A stretch of 39,790 bases of DNA, taken from the IMG/VR virus record IMGVR_UViG_3300038809_000039, positions 1-39,790 of that record; one strand, written 5' to 3'. The notes below the pieces were generated by a model, which was not told the origin of the DNA, did no database searches, and saw nothing but the letters and a program-made list of their open reading frames with translations. The stretch comes from a virus. Lineage: Duplodnaviria; Caudoviricetes. The position numbers were made by a program, and so were the translations under genes. Positions 1-7,466 of this stretch are shown here, piece by piece (positions within the stretch are counted from its first letter, which is position 1; each line of letters opens with the position of its first letter).

Positions 1-1812
1 ATGGCTACTACTTCTGCACAAATTCAACAGCTGTACGTTGCTTACCTGGGCCGCGCTGCCGACAAAGCGGGCCTGGATTACTGGTTGAACGCGACGAATG
101 GCACCAGCACAACTCCAGCGACCCTGACCCTGGACGATCTGCGTACCAACTTCACCACTCAGCAAACTGAGTACACCTCTGTTTACGGCGGTCTGACCCG
201 CGAAGAAACAGTAGTTAAGATCTACAACAACCTGTTCGGTCGTGCTCCGGATGCTGATGGCCTGACCTACTGGACAACCGGTGGCGGTGCTTCGGTTTCC
301 ACCGATCTACTGCTGACCTCGTTCATCAACGGTGCAAGCGCAGACGACTCCAAAGTCGTGACTAACAAGGTTCTGGTTGCTGAGGTTTACACCTCAGCTG
401 CGGGTACTAACTTCGCAAGCGCCGATGCTAAGTCGGTCATCACTGGCGTAACCAGCGACTACAGCACTGTAGGCACCGCCTTGGAAAAACTGACTGACGG
501 CTCTCTGGGTGGCATCGCTATCCCTGCTGCAGTAGCAAATCTGAAAGCTGCTGCTGCTGCTGACGGTGCGTTCACCAGCTACGAGTCGACCAATACCACG
601 ACGCTGAAAGATCTGAGCACCAAGCTGGCCGCTCTGACTAAAGCTGATGCGAACCTGACCGATACCACTGCTACCACCGCTAACACCTACGGCGATGCCA
701 ACACTTCGGTTGACAATCAGTTGGACGCAGCTCGCGCAGAGCTGGGTGGCGATACCAAGGCACTGACCACCACCGCTACTACCGCTGATGCCACGTTGGC
801 AGCTGCTCGCACCAGCCTGCTGACCGACAGCACCTACGGTGTTGGCGCTACCGACAAGATCAAGGCGTACACCGACGCACAAGCTGCAGTTAAAGCTGCT
901 CCAGTTGCGCCGACTCTGGCCGAGAAGACTGTTGCCATCGATACCTTGACCTCGATCGCTACTGCCAATGCTACCGAGTTCGCTAAAGCACTGACTGCTG
1001 CCGGTTTGACCGCTTCGTCTCCTGCAGACGCAGCGGCCGATGCTAACGCTCTGTACAACAAGCTGGCTGACGGTGCTACTACCGATACCGTTTCCGCTAA
1101 CGTTGCCACTGAGTTCGGTTCCGTATCGGCCTACGCTTCTGTCAAAACCACTGTCGACAAAGCCCACGCTATCGACAAGGCTGCAGATGCTCTGACCGTA
1201 GCTGAAGACGCACTGGACTTCGGTACAGGTAATGCCTGGATCAGCGCTTACAACGCCGACGTGACTGCTAACTCCAAGCTGGCCTCGTCCAAAGCTCTGG
1301 ATGCTCTCGAAGCTTCCTACAAGACTGTTGTCGACGGCCACACTGCTGTAGAAACTTCTGTTTCTACTGCTAACGGCAAGCTGGACGCTACCGACGCTCT
1401 GGACACCGCAGGTGCCAACCTGACCGTCCAGGCCGCTGCTGATGATACCAAGGCTGAAGTGTTCTACTTCGCTAACAACAAGGTTACCGGTGCTGATGGC
1501 GCTCTGACCCTGGCTGCTGGTGGCGACTCTCTGTACATCGGTGAAGGCTACACTCAGAACAAGGCTGCTACTCTGGGCGATACCGGCATCGTTGGCGGTG
1601 ACAACAACTCCAAAGAAGTATTCTTCTTCAAAGGCACTGACGGTGTTGTTAAAGCCGTAATCGAAACTGGCGTTGCAAGCAGCCTGGCTGTTACCAACAC
1701 TGCTTCGTTGAACACTGCTGCAGCTGACGGCGTGTCGGTCATTACCCTGACTGGCGTTACCGATCTGGCTAAGGTTGGCTTCGACGCTGGTGTTATCAGC
1801 GTTCACGCTTAA
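1..1812 (+). CDS. Host S-layer-like / DUF4214-domain surface protein, probably type I secreted
   Basis: RsaA-like N-terminus QIQQLYVAYLGRAADKAGLDYW and a second copy IYNNLFGRAPDADGLTYW. Ala/Thr-rich body with no Cys and no signal peptide. C-terminus VITLTGV...ISVHA resembles a T1SS substrate. Codon usage is strongly biased (gct/acc/ctg), unlike the phage genes. Confidence 0.8.
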   Translation: MATTSAQIQQLYVAYLGRAADKAGLDYWLNATNGTSTTPATLTLDDLRTNFTTQQTEYTSVYGGLTREETVVKIYNNLFGRAPDADGLTYWTTGGGASVSTDLLLTSFINGASADDSKVVTNKVLVAEVYTSAAGTNFASADAKSVITGVTSDYSTVGTALEKLTDGSLGGIAIPAAVANLKAAAAADGAFTSYESTNTTTLKDLSTKLAALTKADANLTDTTATTANTYGDANTSVDNQLDAARAELGGDTKALTTTATTADATLAAARTSLLTDSTYGVGATDKIKAYTDAQAAVKAAPVAPTLAEKTVAIDTLTSIATANATEFAKALTAAGLTASSPADAAADANALYNKLADGATTDTVSANVATEFGSVSAYASVKTTVDKAHAIDKAADALTVAEDALDFGTGNAWISAYNADVTANSKLASSKALDALEASYKTVVDGHTAVETSVSTANGKLDATDALDTAGANLTVQAAADDTKAEVFYFANNKVTGADGALTLAAGGDSLYIGEGYTQNKAATLGDTGIVGGDNNSKEVFFFKGTDGVVKAVIETGVASSLAVTNTASLNTAAADGVSVITLTGVTDLAKVGFDAGVISVHA

Positions 1813-1856
1813 TACTTTGATCTACCAGAGCGGGCTGGTCTCGCTCTGAACTGATC

Positions 1857-1889
1857 AAAAAAACCCGCCCCTCAAAAGGCGGGTTTTTT
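1857..1889. terminator. Bidirectional intrinsic terminator after the host gene
   Basis: AAAAAAACCCGCC-cctcaaaa-GGCGGGTTTTTT. Confidence 0.85.
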
Positions 1890-1944
1890 ATTGGCTAGAC
1901 TCTGCAAAAGCATCGACACCAAGCTGCGTCATTACGCTCTAGAC

Positions 1945-2014
1945 AAAAAAAGCCCCGCACCTTCGTCAAGGTGCAGGGCTTTCCAGTATCGACAACGACT
2001 ATTGGAGACAGTCG
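1945..2014 (-). ncRNA. Candidate ~70-nt sRNA with anti-SD loop and intrinsic terminator
   Basis: Minus strand: 7-bp hairpin CGACTGT-ctcca-ATAGTCG, then terminator AGCCCTGCACCTT-gacg-AAGGTGCGGGGCT followed by a T run. A sigma70-like promoter lies immediately upstream and no credible ORF is present. Confidence 0.55.
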
Positions 2015-2019
2015 AGAAC

Positions 2020-2048
2020 ACTCTACCTGCGAAGGCTATAAATGGCAA
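2020..2048 (-). promoter_or_regulatory. Sigma70-like promoter for the candidate sRNA
   Basis: TTGCCA (2048-2043), 17-bp spacer, TAGAGT (2025-2020). Predicted +1 at ~2014 coincides with the first base of the hairpin. Confidence 0.55.
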
Positions 2049-2166
2049 GTCGACAGCATGTAAGCATTATGAGACAACGTTGTACGAACGCATGGCACTT
2101 CGATGCTATCGCAAAATCGGAGAGGTACAGCTTGGAACGAGTCCGTAGCTAGAAGGAAGGCAAATC

Positions 2167-2484
2167 ATGAAGCTCCTCGGGAGATTGCAGGGACTACTCA
2201 AAAGGCTAGTGAATGATAAGCCTCATAAGCGCGATGGGGACATCCTCCGATTCGTGAAGTCAGTGTCATTGAACTGCGTCCGTTGTCGGGGCATGGCGCC
2301 CCCCGTGAAAGGTACAACTGAGCAATACCGTTGCACAAAATGTGAGAAGCAATTTTCGGGTCCGCCTCATCAAATCGATCAAGCGATCTGGCGCGCATCC
2401 AGGCTTACAGCGAAACAGAAAGTCGATTTGAAGAATAATTATGAAGTTTATGCCGGCCAATCGCTAAGCCCTGACGACATCTGA
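2167..2484 (+). CDS. Small zinc-ribbon-like hypothetical protein at the prophage end
   Basis: CxxC...CxxC (CVRC, CTKC). RBS AGGAAGG upstream. Convergent with the endolysin. Confidence 0.6.
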   Translation: MKLLGRLQGLLKRLVNDKPHKRDGDILRFVKSVSLNCVRCRGMAPPVKGTTEQYRCTKCEKQFSGPPHQIDQAIWRASRLTAKQKVDLKNNYEVYAGQSLSPDDI

Positions 2485-2512
2485 GCGGACCCTGGACCGG
2501 CTTGGCAGCCGG

Positions 2513-2938
2513 CTAAGGTACATCCCTGAAGAAAATGTGGCCCCCGATCTTCAGCGTCTGCGTTGCTTTGCCAGCCCAGGCGGGAGGCTTGGGCATCGTG
2601 GTTGCGTAGTAGTGAGTCGCGCCGCCGGTGGGGTCTGGCTTCAGGCCGCTAATTACCTGCTCAGCCGCAAGGCGGCACACCACGAACTCAGCGGTAGGGA
2701 TCGGCTTTGCGCCACTCAGGAACGGATAGTTCGGGTCGTTCTTGTTCCAACAGCTGAACTGGTATGGCTTCTGGCAGACACCGGCGTAACCCTCGCCCCA
2801 CCACGACCTGTCCTTGCCGTCCTCTACTCGGTTGCGGATCGACCAGGCTACGGCAACCATACCGGCCAGACCTTCCCCGCGCGCTTCGCCAAATAGCGTT
2901 CTGGCCAGCACATCTCGATCTTTCTCGGTCACGTCCAT
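2513..2938 (-). CDS. Endolysin, SleB/Hydrolase_2 cell-wall hydrolase family
   Basis: LARTLFGEARGE catalytic-Glu motif, QFSCWN, DPTGGATHYY and IGGHIFF. Start moved to MDVTEKD, which has a GGAG RBS. Confidence 0.88.
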   Translation of the reverse strand: MDVTEKDRDVLARTLFGEARGEGLAGMVAVAWSIRNRVEDGKDRSWWGEGYAGVCQKPYQFSCWNKNDPNYPFLSGAKPIPTAEFVVCRLAAEQVISGLKPDPTGGATHYYATTMPKPPAWAGKATQTLKIGGHIFFRDVP

Positions 2939-2954
2939 CACTTCACTCCAGACG

Positions 2955-2978
2955 AAAAAAAGCCCGCACTTGGCGGGC
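2955..2978 (-). terminator. Intrinsic terminator between the small peptide gene and the endolysin
   Basis: Minus strand GCCCGCCAAGTGCGGGC-TTTTTTT. Confidence 0.7.
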
Positions 2979-2995
2979 AATAAAAAGAATAGGGC

Positions 2996-3109
2996 TTAGC
3001 TGCTCAGCCATCCGGGCACCGGCAGTGAGCCGAATGGCGCTGAAAGGCACAAAAAGAAGAAGATGGCTATCAGAGCTGCGGCCAGTAATAGAGCGGCTGG
3101 TTTAATCAC
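2996..3109 (-). CDS. 37-aa single-TM hydrophobic peptide (not in ORF track)
   Basis: GTG start: MIKPAALLLAAALIAIFFFLCLSAPFGSLPVPGWLSS*. Preceded by GGATG and an extended -10 (TGcTAAAGT, 3149-3141), followed by its own terminator. Confidence 0.6.
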   Translation of the reverse strand: MIKPAALLLAAALIAIFFFLCLSAPFGSLPVPGWLSS

Positions 3110-3220
3110 AAGGCATCCATGCACAGCGGGGGAAGATGCCACTTTAGCACCCGCCCCTAAAGTCTCGTAGCACTATGGCAGACTATTTGATCATGCATTA
3201 CCATTCGCTAACGTTCTGCC

Positions 3221-3283
3221 GTATTAAGGGTGCAGCAGAAACTAGAAACCCCGGCGCTCGCGAACCGTCGGGGTTTTGCTTTT
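3221..3283 (+). ncRNA. Candidate sRNA 1 (antisense to the late transcript)
   Basis: TTGATC (3187-3192), 16-bp spacer, TAACGT (3209-3214). Ends in terminator CCCCGGCG...CGTCGGGG-TTTTGCTTTT. No ORF. Confidence 0.4.
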
Positions 3284-3308
3284 GCGGGGGCCGCTGTTAA
3301 CATGCGCC

Positions 3309-3380
3309 CGCTTTCTACTGGAATAAGTCCCCATCGGAAAGCGCCAAGCCCCGGCGATCACAGTTCGCCGGGGCTTTTTT
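3309..3380 (+). ncRNA. Candidate sRNA 2 with 5' hairpin and strong plus-strand terminator
   Basis: Extended -10 TGtTAACAT (3295-3303) with TTGCTT at 3276-3281. 5' stem CGCTTTC/GAAAGCG encloses a C-rich GTCCCC segment. Terminator GCCCCGGCGA-tcacagt-TCGCCGGGGC-TTTTTT. Confidence 0.5.
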
Positions 3381-3383
3381 GTT

Positions 3384-3878
3384 TCACGAAGAAAACTCCG
3401 TATTAGCCGCGGTCTTTATGTATGAGGTTGAGCCGCCGAGCCTTACGCCCAACCAGAAGATTACAGCCCGCCATCGAGCAGTGCCGTCGCCAGTCCAGAG
3501 CGCACGGTAGAACACCGCGTCACACTCGGCGCGGGACAGGACGCCCACCGTGTACAGCCAGTCATGTAGGATCGCCGCGCGCATGCCGTAACCGGCGAGC
3601 AGGCCATAAATAGCCAGGGTGACGATGGCCAGCACCAGCAACGCGGTCGCCAACCAGCCCCAAACAAAGATCCAGCTCACCAGCGCGCCGATTGCCGCCC
3701 AACGGCATACCTCGCGCAAAATTCGGATTGAGGCCAAATCGCTGTTGAAATCGGCCGGCACCGTGAGCAGGCCATGAATCGCGTCGTTGAATGTCAATGC
3801 TTCCTGTGTGGACGCATCCCAACGACTAGTGAAGCGCACTGACGGGTGAACATCGAACTTGCCCAAAGGTAGACTCAT
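3384..3878 (-). CDS. DUF1353-family protein with an internal hydrophobic (1-2 TM) insertion
   Basis: VPADFNSDLASI, AAILHDWLY, CDAVFYRAL and WRAVIFWLGVRLGG motifs. Typical position after tail-fibre genes. Confidence 0.75.
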   Translation of the reverse strand: MSLPLGKFDVHPSVRFTSRWDASTQEALTFNDAIHGLLTVPADFNSDLASIRILREVCRWAAIGALVSWIFVWGWLATALLVLAIVTLAIYGLLAGYGMRAAILHDWLYTVGVLSRAECDAVFYRALWTGDGTARWRAVIFWLGVRLGGSTSYIKTAANTEFSS

Positions 3879-3890
3879 CTCTCACCTCAT

Positions 3891-3917
3891 AAAAAAAGCC
3901 TGCGCGAGGCAGGCTTT
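3891..3917 (-). terminator. Intrinsic terminator downstream of moron 3935-4285
   Basis: AAAAAAAGCCTGC-gcgag-GCAGGCTTT. Confidence 0.7.
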
Positions 3918-3934
3918 GGAATCAGACTTGTCCA

Positions 3935-4285
3935 TCAGGTCCAGTCGGCGCGCTGGTACACCTCTGATGAATGGAAGACACGCTCAGGGACAGGTGGAAC
4001 CGCCCTTTGTATTCCCGTTTTGGCGTAACCATTCGCCTCCATCACTGCGCAAACCAGCGCTCCGATCGACCTTTTAAGTGATGAGCGCTTTACGTTTGGT
4101 GTCGTAGCTAGAATTGCCTCAGCGCAGAATTTAGCAATGCCTGCAACAGCCGGAAGCTCAAGCGCATCGGTTACGACTCTCATGCTCGTGAACGACTCCT
4201 CCGAATTTACAAAGTCTATGAAATTGAACGCGTGGGCGTTAAGTTCATTGAACTGAGATGTATGGGTCTTAGCGAAGGACTCCAT
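3935..4285 (-). CDS. Hypothetical moron protein (start uncertain, 4285 or 4309)
   Basis: Lower-GC ORF inserted between the tail-fibre accessory gene and DUF1353, with its own terminator. Confidence 0.6.
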   Translation of the reverse strand: MESFAKTHTSQFNELNAHAFNFIDFVNSEESFTSMRVVTDALELPAVAGIAKFCAEAILATTPNVKRSSLKRSIGALVCAVMEANGYAKTGIQRAVPPVPERVFHSSEVYQRADWT

Positions 4286-4372
4286 GTCCGCAGGGCGAAA
4301 AGGTGGCATGCGTGGTACCGGATGTTGTCTGGGCGACCACGATATTATCCGCAGGGCTATTTTGCAATTTGC

Positions 4373-4885
4373 CTAGGGCCACCCTTCCTCAAGCATCTCA
4401 GCCGTGATCGTGCCATCAGCCACGGCATCCAGCAAAGCTGACTCACGGTCGAAGCACGCCTGCACAAAGGCACGCACCGACGACGCTACACCGATTACCT
4501 GCTGACCCGTCAGATCGACGAAGCCCTCTGTCGTCTTCCAGCGTACTGAATAGTTCGGATCGATTATCGCCTGCAGTGCTGCACCCGTGATCAATGCCTG
4601 GCTGTCGCGACCGGTGTCGATCGGCATGTTGTTGATGGTAGTTCCGCTGGTCTCGGCAATGTAGCGGCGCGCTGCGATCATGGCTGGCCAGTCTGGATCG
4701 GGTTGAGGATCAGGATCTGGAGCCTTTGCCAGCTTTTCCCAGCTCTGCCCGGTCCAGCGTGCAACCTGAGTGCCGGTCAGTTTTGGTGGCTTCGTCGGCG
4801 TGCTACGCGGTGGCAGATCACCAGCCTCATCAACATCCTGTTGGCCGGCGTACAGCCTTCCAGTATCCCATTGATAGAAGATCAT
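4373..4885 (-). CDS. Tail fibre assembly-associated protein, DUF4376-like
   Basis: IAARRYIAETSG...IDTGRDSQALITGA...VRWKTTEGFVDL...VQACFDRE pattern. ATGA overlap with the fibre gene. Confidence 0.75.
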   Translation of the reverse strand: MIFYQWDTGRLYAGQQDVDEAGDLPPRSTPTKPPKLTGTQVARWTGQSWEKLAKAPDPDPQPDPDWPAMIAARRYIAETSGTTINNMPIDTGRDSQALITGAALQAIIDPNYSVRWKTTEGFVDLTGQQVIGVASSVRAFVQACFDRESALLDAVADGTITAEMLEEGWP

Positions 4886-6567
4886 GCGAGCTCCTTGGCT
4901 TTGATGTAGGCAGCAGTGCCTGCCGGTGCCGGTACGGCTGGCAACGCGAATTGGGTAGCTGTGTCATAGGGGAATTGCGGTGTTGCTCTGGCAATGTTGT
5001 TCGCCGTACTAGAACTAGAAACCAAGACACCGTTTCCGGCATCGGAAATCTTGCTCGCCGCGGCAGTAGAAACAATCGAACCTGATCCAATACTAGTTAA
5101 TATTTGAGTGGCAATGTCATAAATACTCATACCTGCGGGCGTGCCGGTCGTTAAAAGCATAAGCTTACCGTTGAAGAAGAAAACTTTATAAACGTTTGAG
5201 GTGTTCGGCGCTGAAAACACCGGATACGCTGTAAAGTTTACCCCGTCGTCTACACTTCTGAACACATTGCCACTGCCACTGGCGCCCGCCCCCATATACC
5301 AATTTCCGAGCTTATCAGTTGCAAGAGAAAGAGCGCTGCCACCTGTCCACGTGCTACCAACAGTAAAAAATGCGCCAAAATCTGTGCTTCTGGAGACTCT
5401 GTTAGTTCCGCTCGTTGCGCCAACAACCACTATCACGCCTGTTCCGTTGGAATCAAAATCAAGCGAGGAACCTAGGCCCGTAGCGATAGCTGTCCAGTTT
5501 CTACCCCCATTTGTCGATCTTGCCCCATTTGGGGTTGGAGCATTACTCAAAGCAAACCAAGAGCTGCCGCCCACGTAGCGAACTCTATTATATGAATAAC
5601 CTCCGGCTGCCAAACCGGGCATTGACGCCTGAGCCCAAGTTAGACCGTCGTCATTACTGAATACGCAGATTTGAGTGGCGCTGGAATTTGCGCTAGATAA
5701 ACCAATCCAGTTCCCGTTATTGTCAGTATCTAGCGAAGACAAACTTGCCGTTATCGGCAAAGTTATAGGTGACCCAAACGTTAGACCTGAATCAAGGCTT
5801 CGATAAACCACGCCTGTGCCGGAGTAGATAACGGTGCCGGACGTTGATGCCGCTACCGTGGCCACGGTGGAGGCGACAGCGACGTTAGCCCAAGTAGTTC
5901 CGATCACACCGTTAATCGCACCTACCAGCGCGGCGAGCTGAGGGAATGCAGACTTCAGCCTGATTCCACCATTGGCAGGAAGGTATAAAGCGCCTGGGTT
6001 TCGCGCCGAGATCAGAACATCGCCGATCTGCTGGCCAGGGAAGTCCCATTTCGGTGCTTTGCCGGTGCCGAGCATCAACGCCTGACCTGGCACTGCGGCC
6101 GTCTTGTCGATAAGGCCATCGCCCCACGACACGTTCCCAGCAGCGTTGATTTGTAGAACGGTGTACGGCACGCGCCCACCCGGAAGTCCCGCGGCAGCGC
6201 CCGCAGCCTGAGCTGCAGATTGCGCCGCCGTAGCCGCCTGCTGGGCTAACGTCACCTGAGCTGCCGCCAACGCAACCTGAGCCGCGCCGTTGTTGGTGGC
6301 ATCGATGGCTGACTGAGCGGCGGCGTTCTTTGACAAGTTCGCAGCAGTTGCGCTGTTAGCAGAATTCGTCGCGCTGGTGGCCGCTGCCTGGCGGTAACCA
6401 TCGATCACGCCAACCTGCTCCCAGATCCATGTCAGGCGGGTGTTGATGTTCACCACCATTGGTGGAAGAGCCGCAATGAACGGATCCGCCTTGGCAGTGA
6501 ACTCGGCCTGCCCATCACTTCGAGAAGGTGCATCGGGGAGCAGTGGTATAGGGGTTGTTGCAGCCAT
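4882..6567 (-). CDS. Tail fibre / receptor-binding protein with BNR (Asp-box) beta-propeller-like C-terminal domain
   Basis: Anchor N-terminus (PDAPSRSDGQAEF), Ala-rich coiled region, and five Asp-box motifs (RSLDSGLTF, FSNDDGLTW, RSTNGGRNW, RSTDFGAFF, RSVDDGVNF). Start at 6567 from the TGATG overlap. Confidence 0.8.
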   Translation of the reverse strand: MAATTPIPLLPDAPSRSDGQAEFTAKADPFIAALPPMVVNINTRLTWIWEQVGVIDGYRQAAATSATNSANSATAANLSKNAAAQSAIDATNNGAAQVALAAAQVTLAQQAATAAQSAAQAAGAAAGLPGGRVPYTVLQINAAGNVSWGDGLIDKTAAVPGQALMLGTGKAPKWDFPGQQIGDVLISARNPGALYLPANGGIRLKSAFPQLAALVGAINGVIGTTWANVAVASTVATVAASTSGTVIYSGTGVVYRSLDSGLTFGSPITLPITASLSSLDTDNNGNWIGLSSANSSATQICVFSNDDGLTWAQASMPGLAAGGYSYNRVRYVGGSSWFALSNAPTPNGARSTNGGRNWTAIATGLGSSLDFDSNGTGVIVVVGATSGTNRVSRSTDFGAFFTVGSTWTGGSALSLATDKLGNWYMGAGASGSGNVFRSVDDGVNFTAYPVFSAPNTSNVYKVFFFNGKLMLLTTGTPAGMSIYDIATQILTSIGSGSIVSTAAASKISDAGNGVLVSSSSTANNIARATPQFPYDTATQFALPAVPAPAGTAAYIKAKELA

Positions 6568-7466
6568 CAGATCAAGCCCTCTATGGAAAGCTGACAATCG
6601 GAAACTTCCGGCCCGGAATAGACTAGGTCGAAGGATTTGAAAAAGCCGTAAATAATCGTCGCCTCGTAGGTCTCTTCGCCGATCCAGACAACTGGCTTGG
6701 CGCGGATGTCGGTGAGCATTTTTTTGACTTTCGCGACACGGTCAGTGTCGACCACGATCTGGAAATCACCGCTGTCGGAGTAAGCGCGCGCGGTCACCAC
6801 GATGTTGCCGAAGGTGTCACGCTCTTTTCGGCTGTAATCGTCGATGCCAACACGCGCCCCGTACACCGTATCGCCGATCACCGTTGCTTTACCGATGACC
6901 AGCGCCCCGATAGCGGCCGTGCCGCTACTGGCTACCGTAACGGTGATGTTCGCGGTTCCGTATGCAGGCATATCCAGCGCGACGACGCTGTTAATCGTTT
7001 CGATGTCAGCGAAGAACCAGTCGTACCAGTTGTCGACCGCGGCATCGATCATGCTGAAGGTGCGCGAGTAGACGACACCTTCAACAGGATCAGTCATGGT
7101 CACCGTGACCGACTCGCCCTGGACGTTGAACAGCGCCAGAGAGTTCACCACCTCGCCCGGCTTAATGGTCACTGAGACGGAGCCCGGATTGGTGGTGAGC
7201 GTGCCCACCACTTCGTCGAACATCTTCCAGCGGTTGGTCGCTCCAACGTCCTGCCATTTGGCCGGGGTTTCTTCTGTCACCACCTCCGCACCAGGCGTCA
7301 CCCCGGCCGGGACAGCCGCCAAGGCTTGGTAGATACGATGATTCCAGATCACCTTGTCACCGAGCTTGTAGGTGGCCGTTGAAACCCACGTGGCGAAATC
7401 CGTTTCGGCCACGTTGCTGCTGATCAACTTGTCGGGAGTGACCTCAATCGGTCGAATAAACCTCAT
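6567..7466 (-). CDS. Tail tip protein (distal-tail-like) with N-terminal CBM5/12-like module
   Basis: Directly follows the tape measure. WVSTATYKLGDKVIWNHRIYQAL resembles a chitin-binding-type module. Confidence 0.65.
   Translation of the reverse strand: MRFIRPIEVTPDKLISSNVAETDFATWVSTATYKLGDKVIWNHRIYQALAAVPAGVTPGAEVVTEETPAKWQDVGATNRWKMFDEVVGTLTTNPGSVSVTIKPGEVVNSLALFNVQGESVTVTMTDPVEGVVYSRTFSMIDAAVDNWYDWFFADIETINSVVALDMPAYGTANITVTVASSGTAAIGALVIGKATVIGDTVYGARVGIDDYSRKERDTFGNIVVTARAYSDSGDFQIVVDTDRVAKVKKMLTDIRAKPVVWIGEETYEATIIYGFFKSFDLVYSGPEVSDCQLSIEGLI

Noticed and set aside
394-1806. 470-aa minus-strand ORF
   Set aside because: Antisense shadow of the codon-biased S-layer-like gene; low-complexity Ser/Val/Gly product.
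1891-2148. 85-aa plus-strand ORF
   Set aside because: TTG start directly after a terminator, no RBS, and it runs through a terminator hairpin. The sRNA interpretation fits better.
1890-2166. att core as a tRNA or tmRNA 3' fragment
   Set aside because: No T-arm/CCA-like sequence seen at the left junction, and the right junction lies outside the window, so no direct repeat can be shown.
4882-6567. Diversity-generating retroelement or invertible tail-fibre cassette
   Set aside because: No reverse transcriptase, no template/variable repeat pair, no second fibre C-terminus and no inverted crossover sites noticed.
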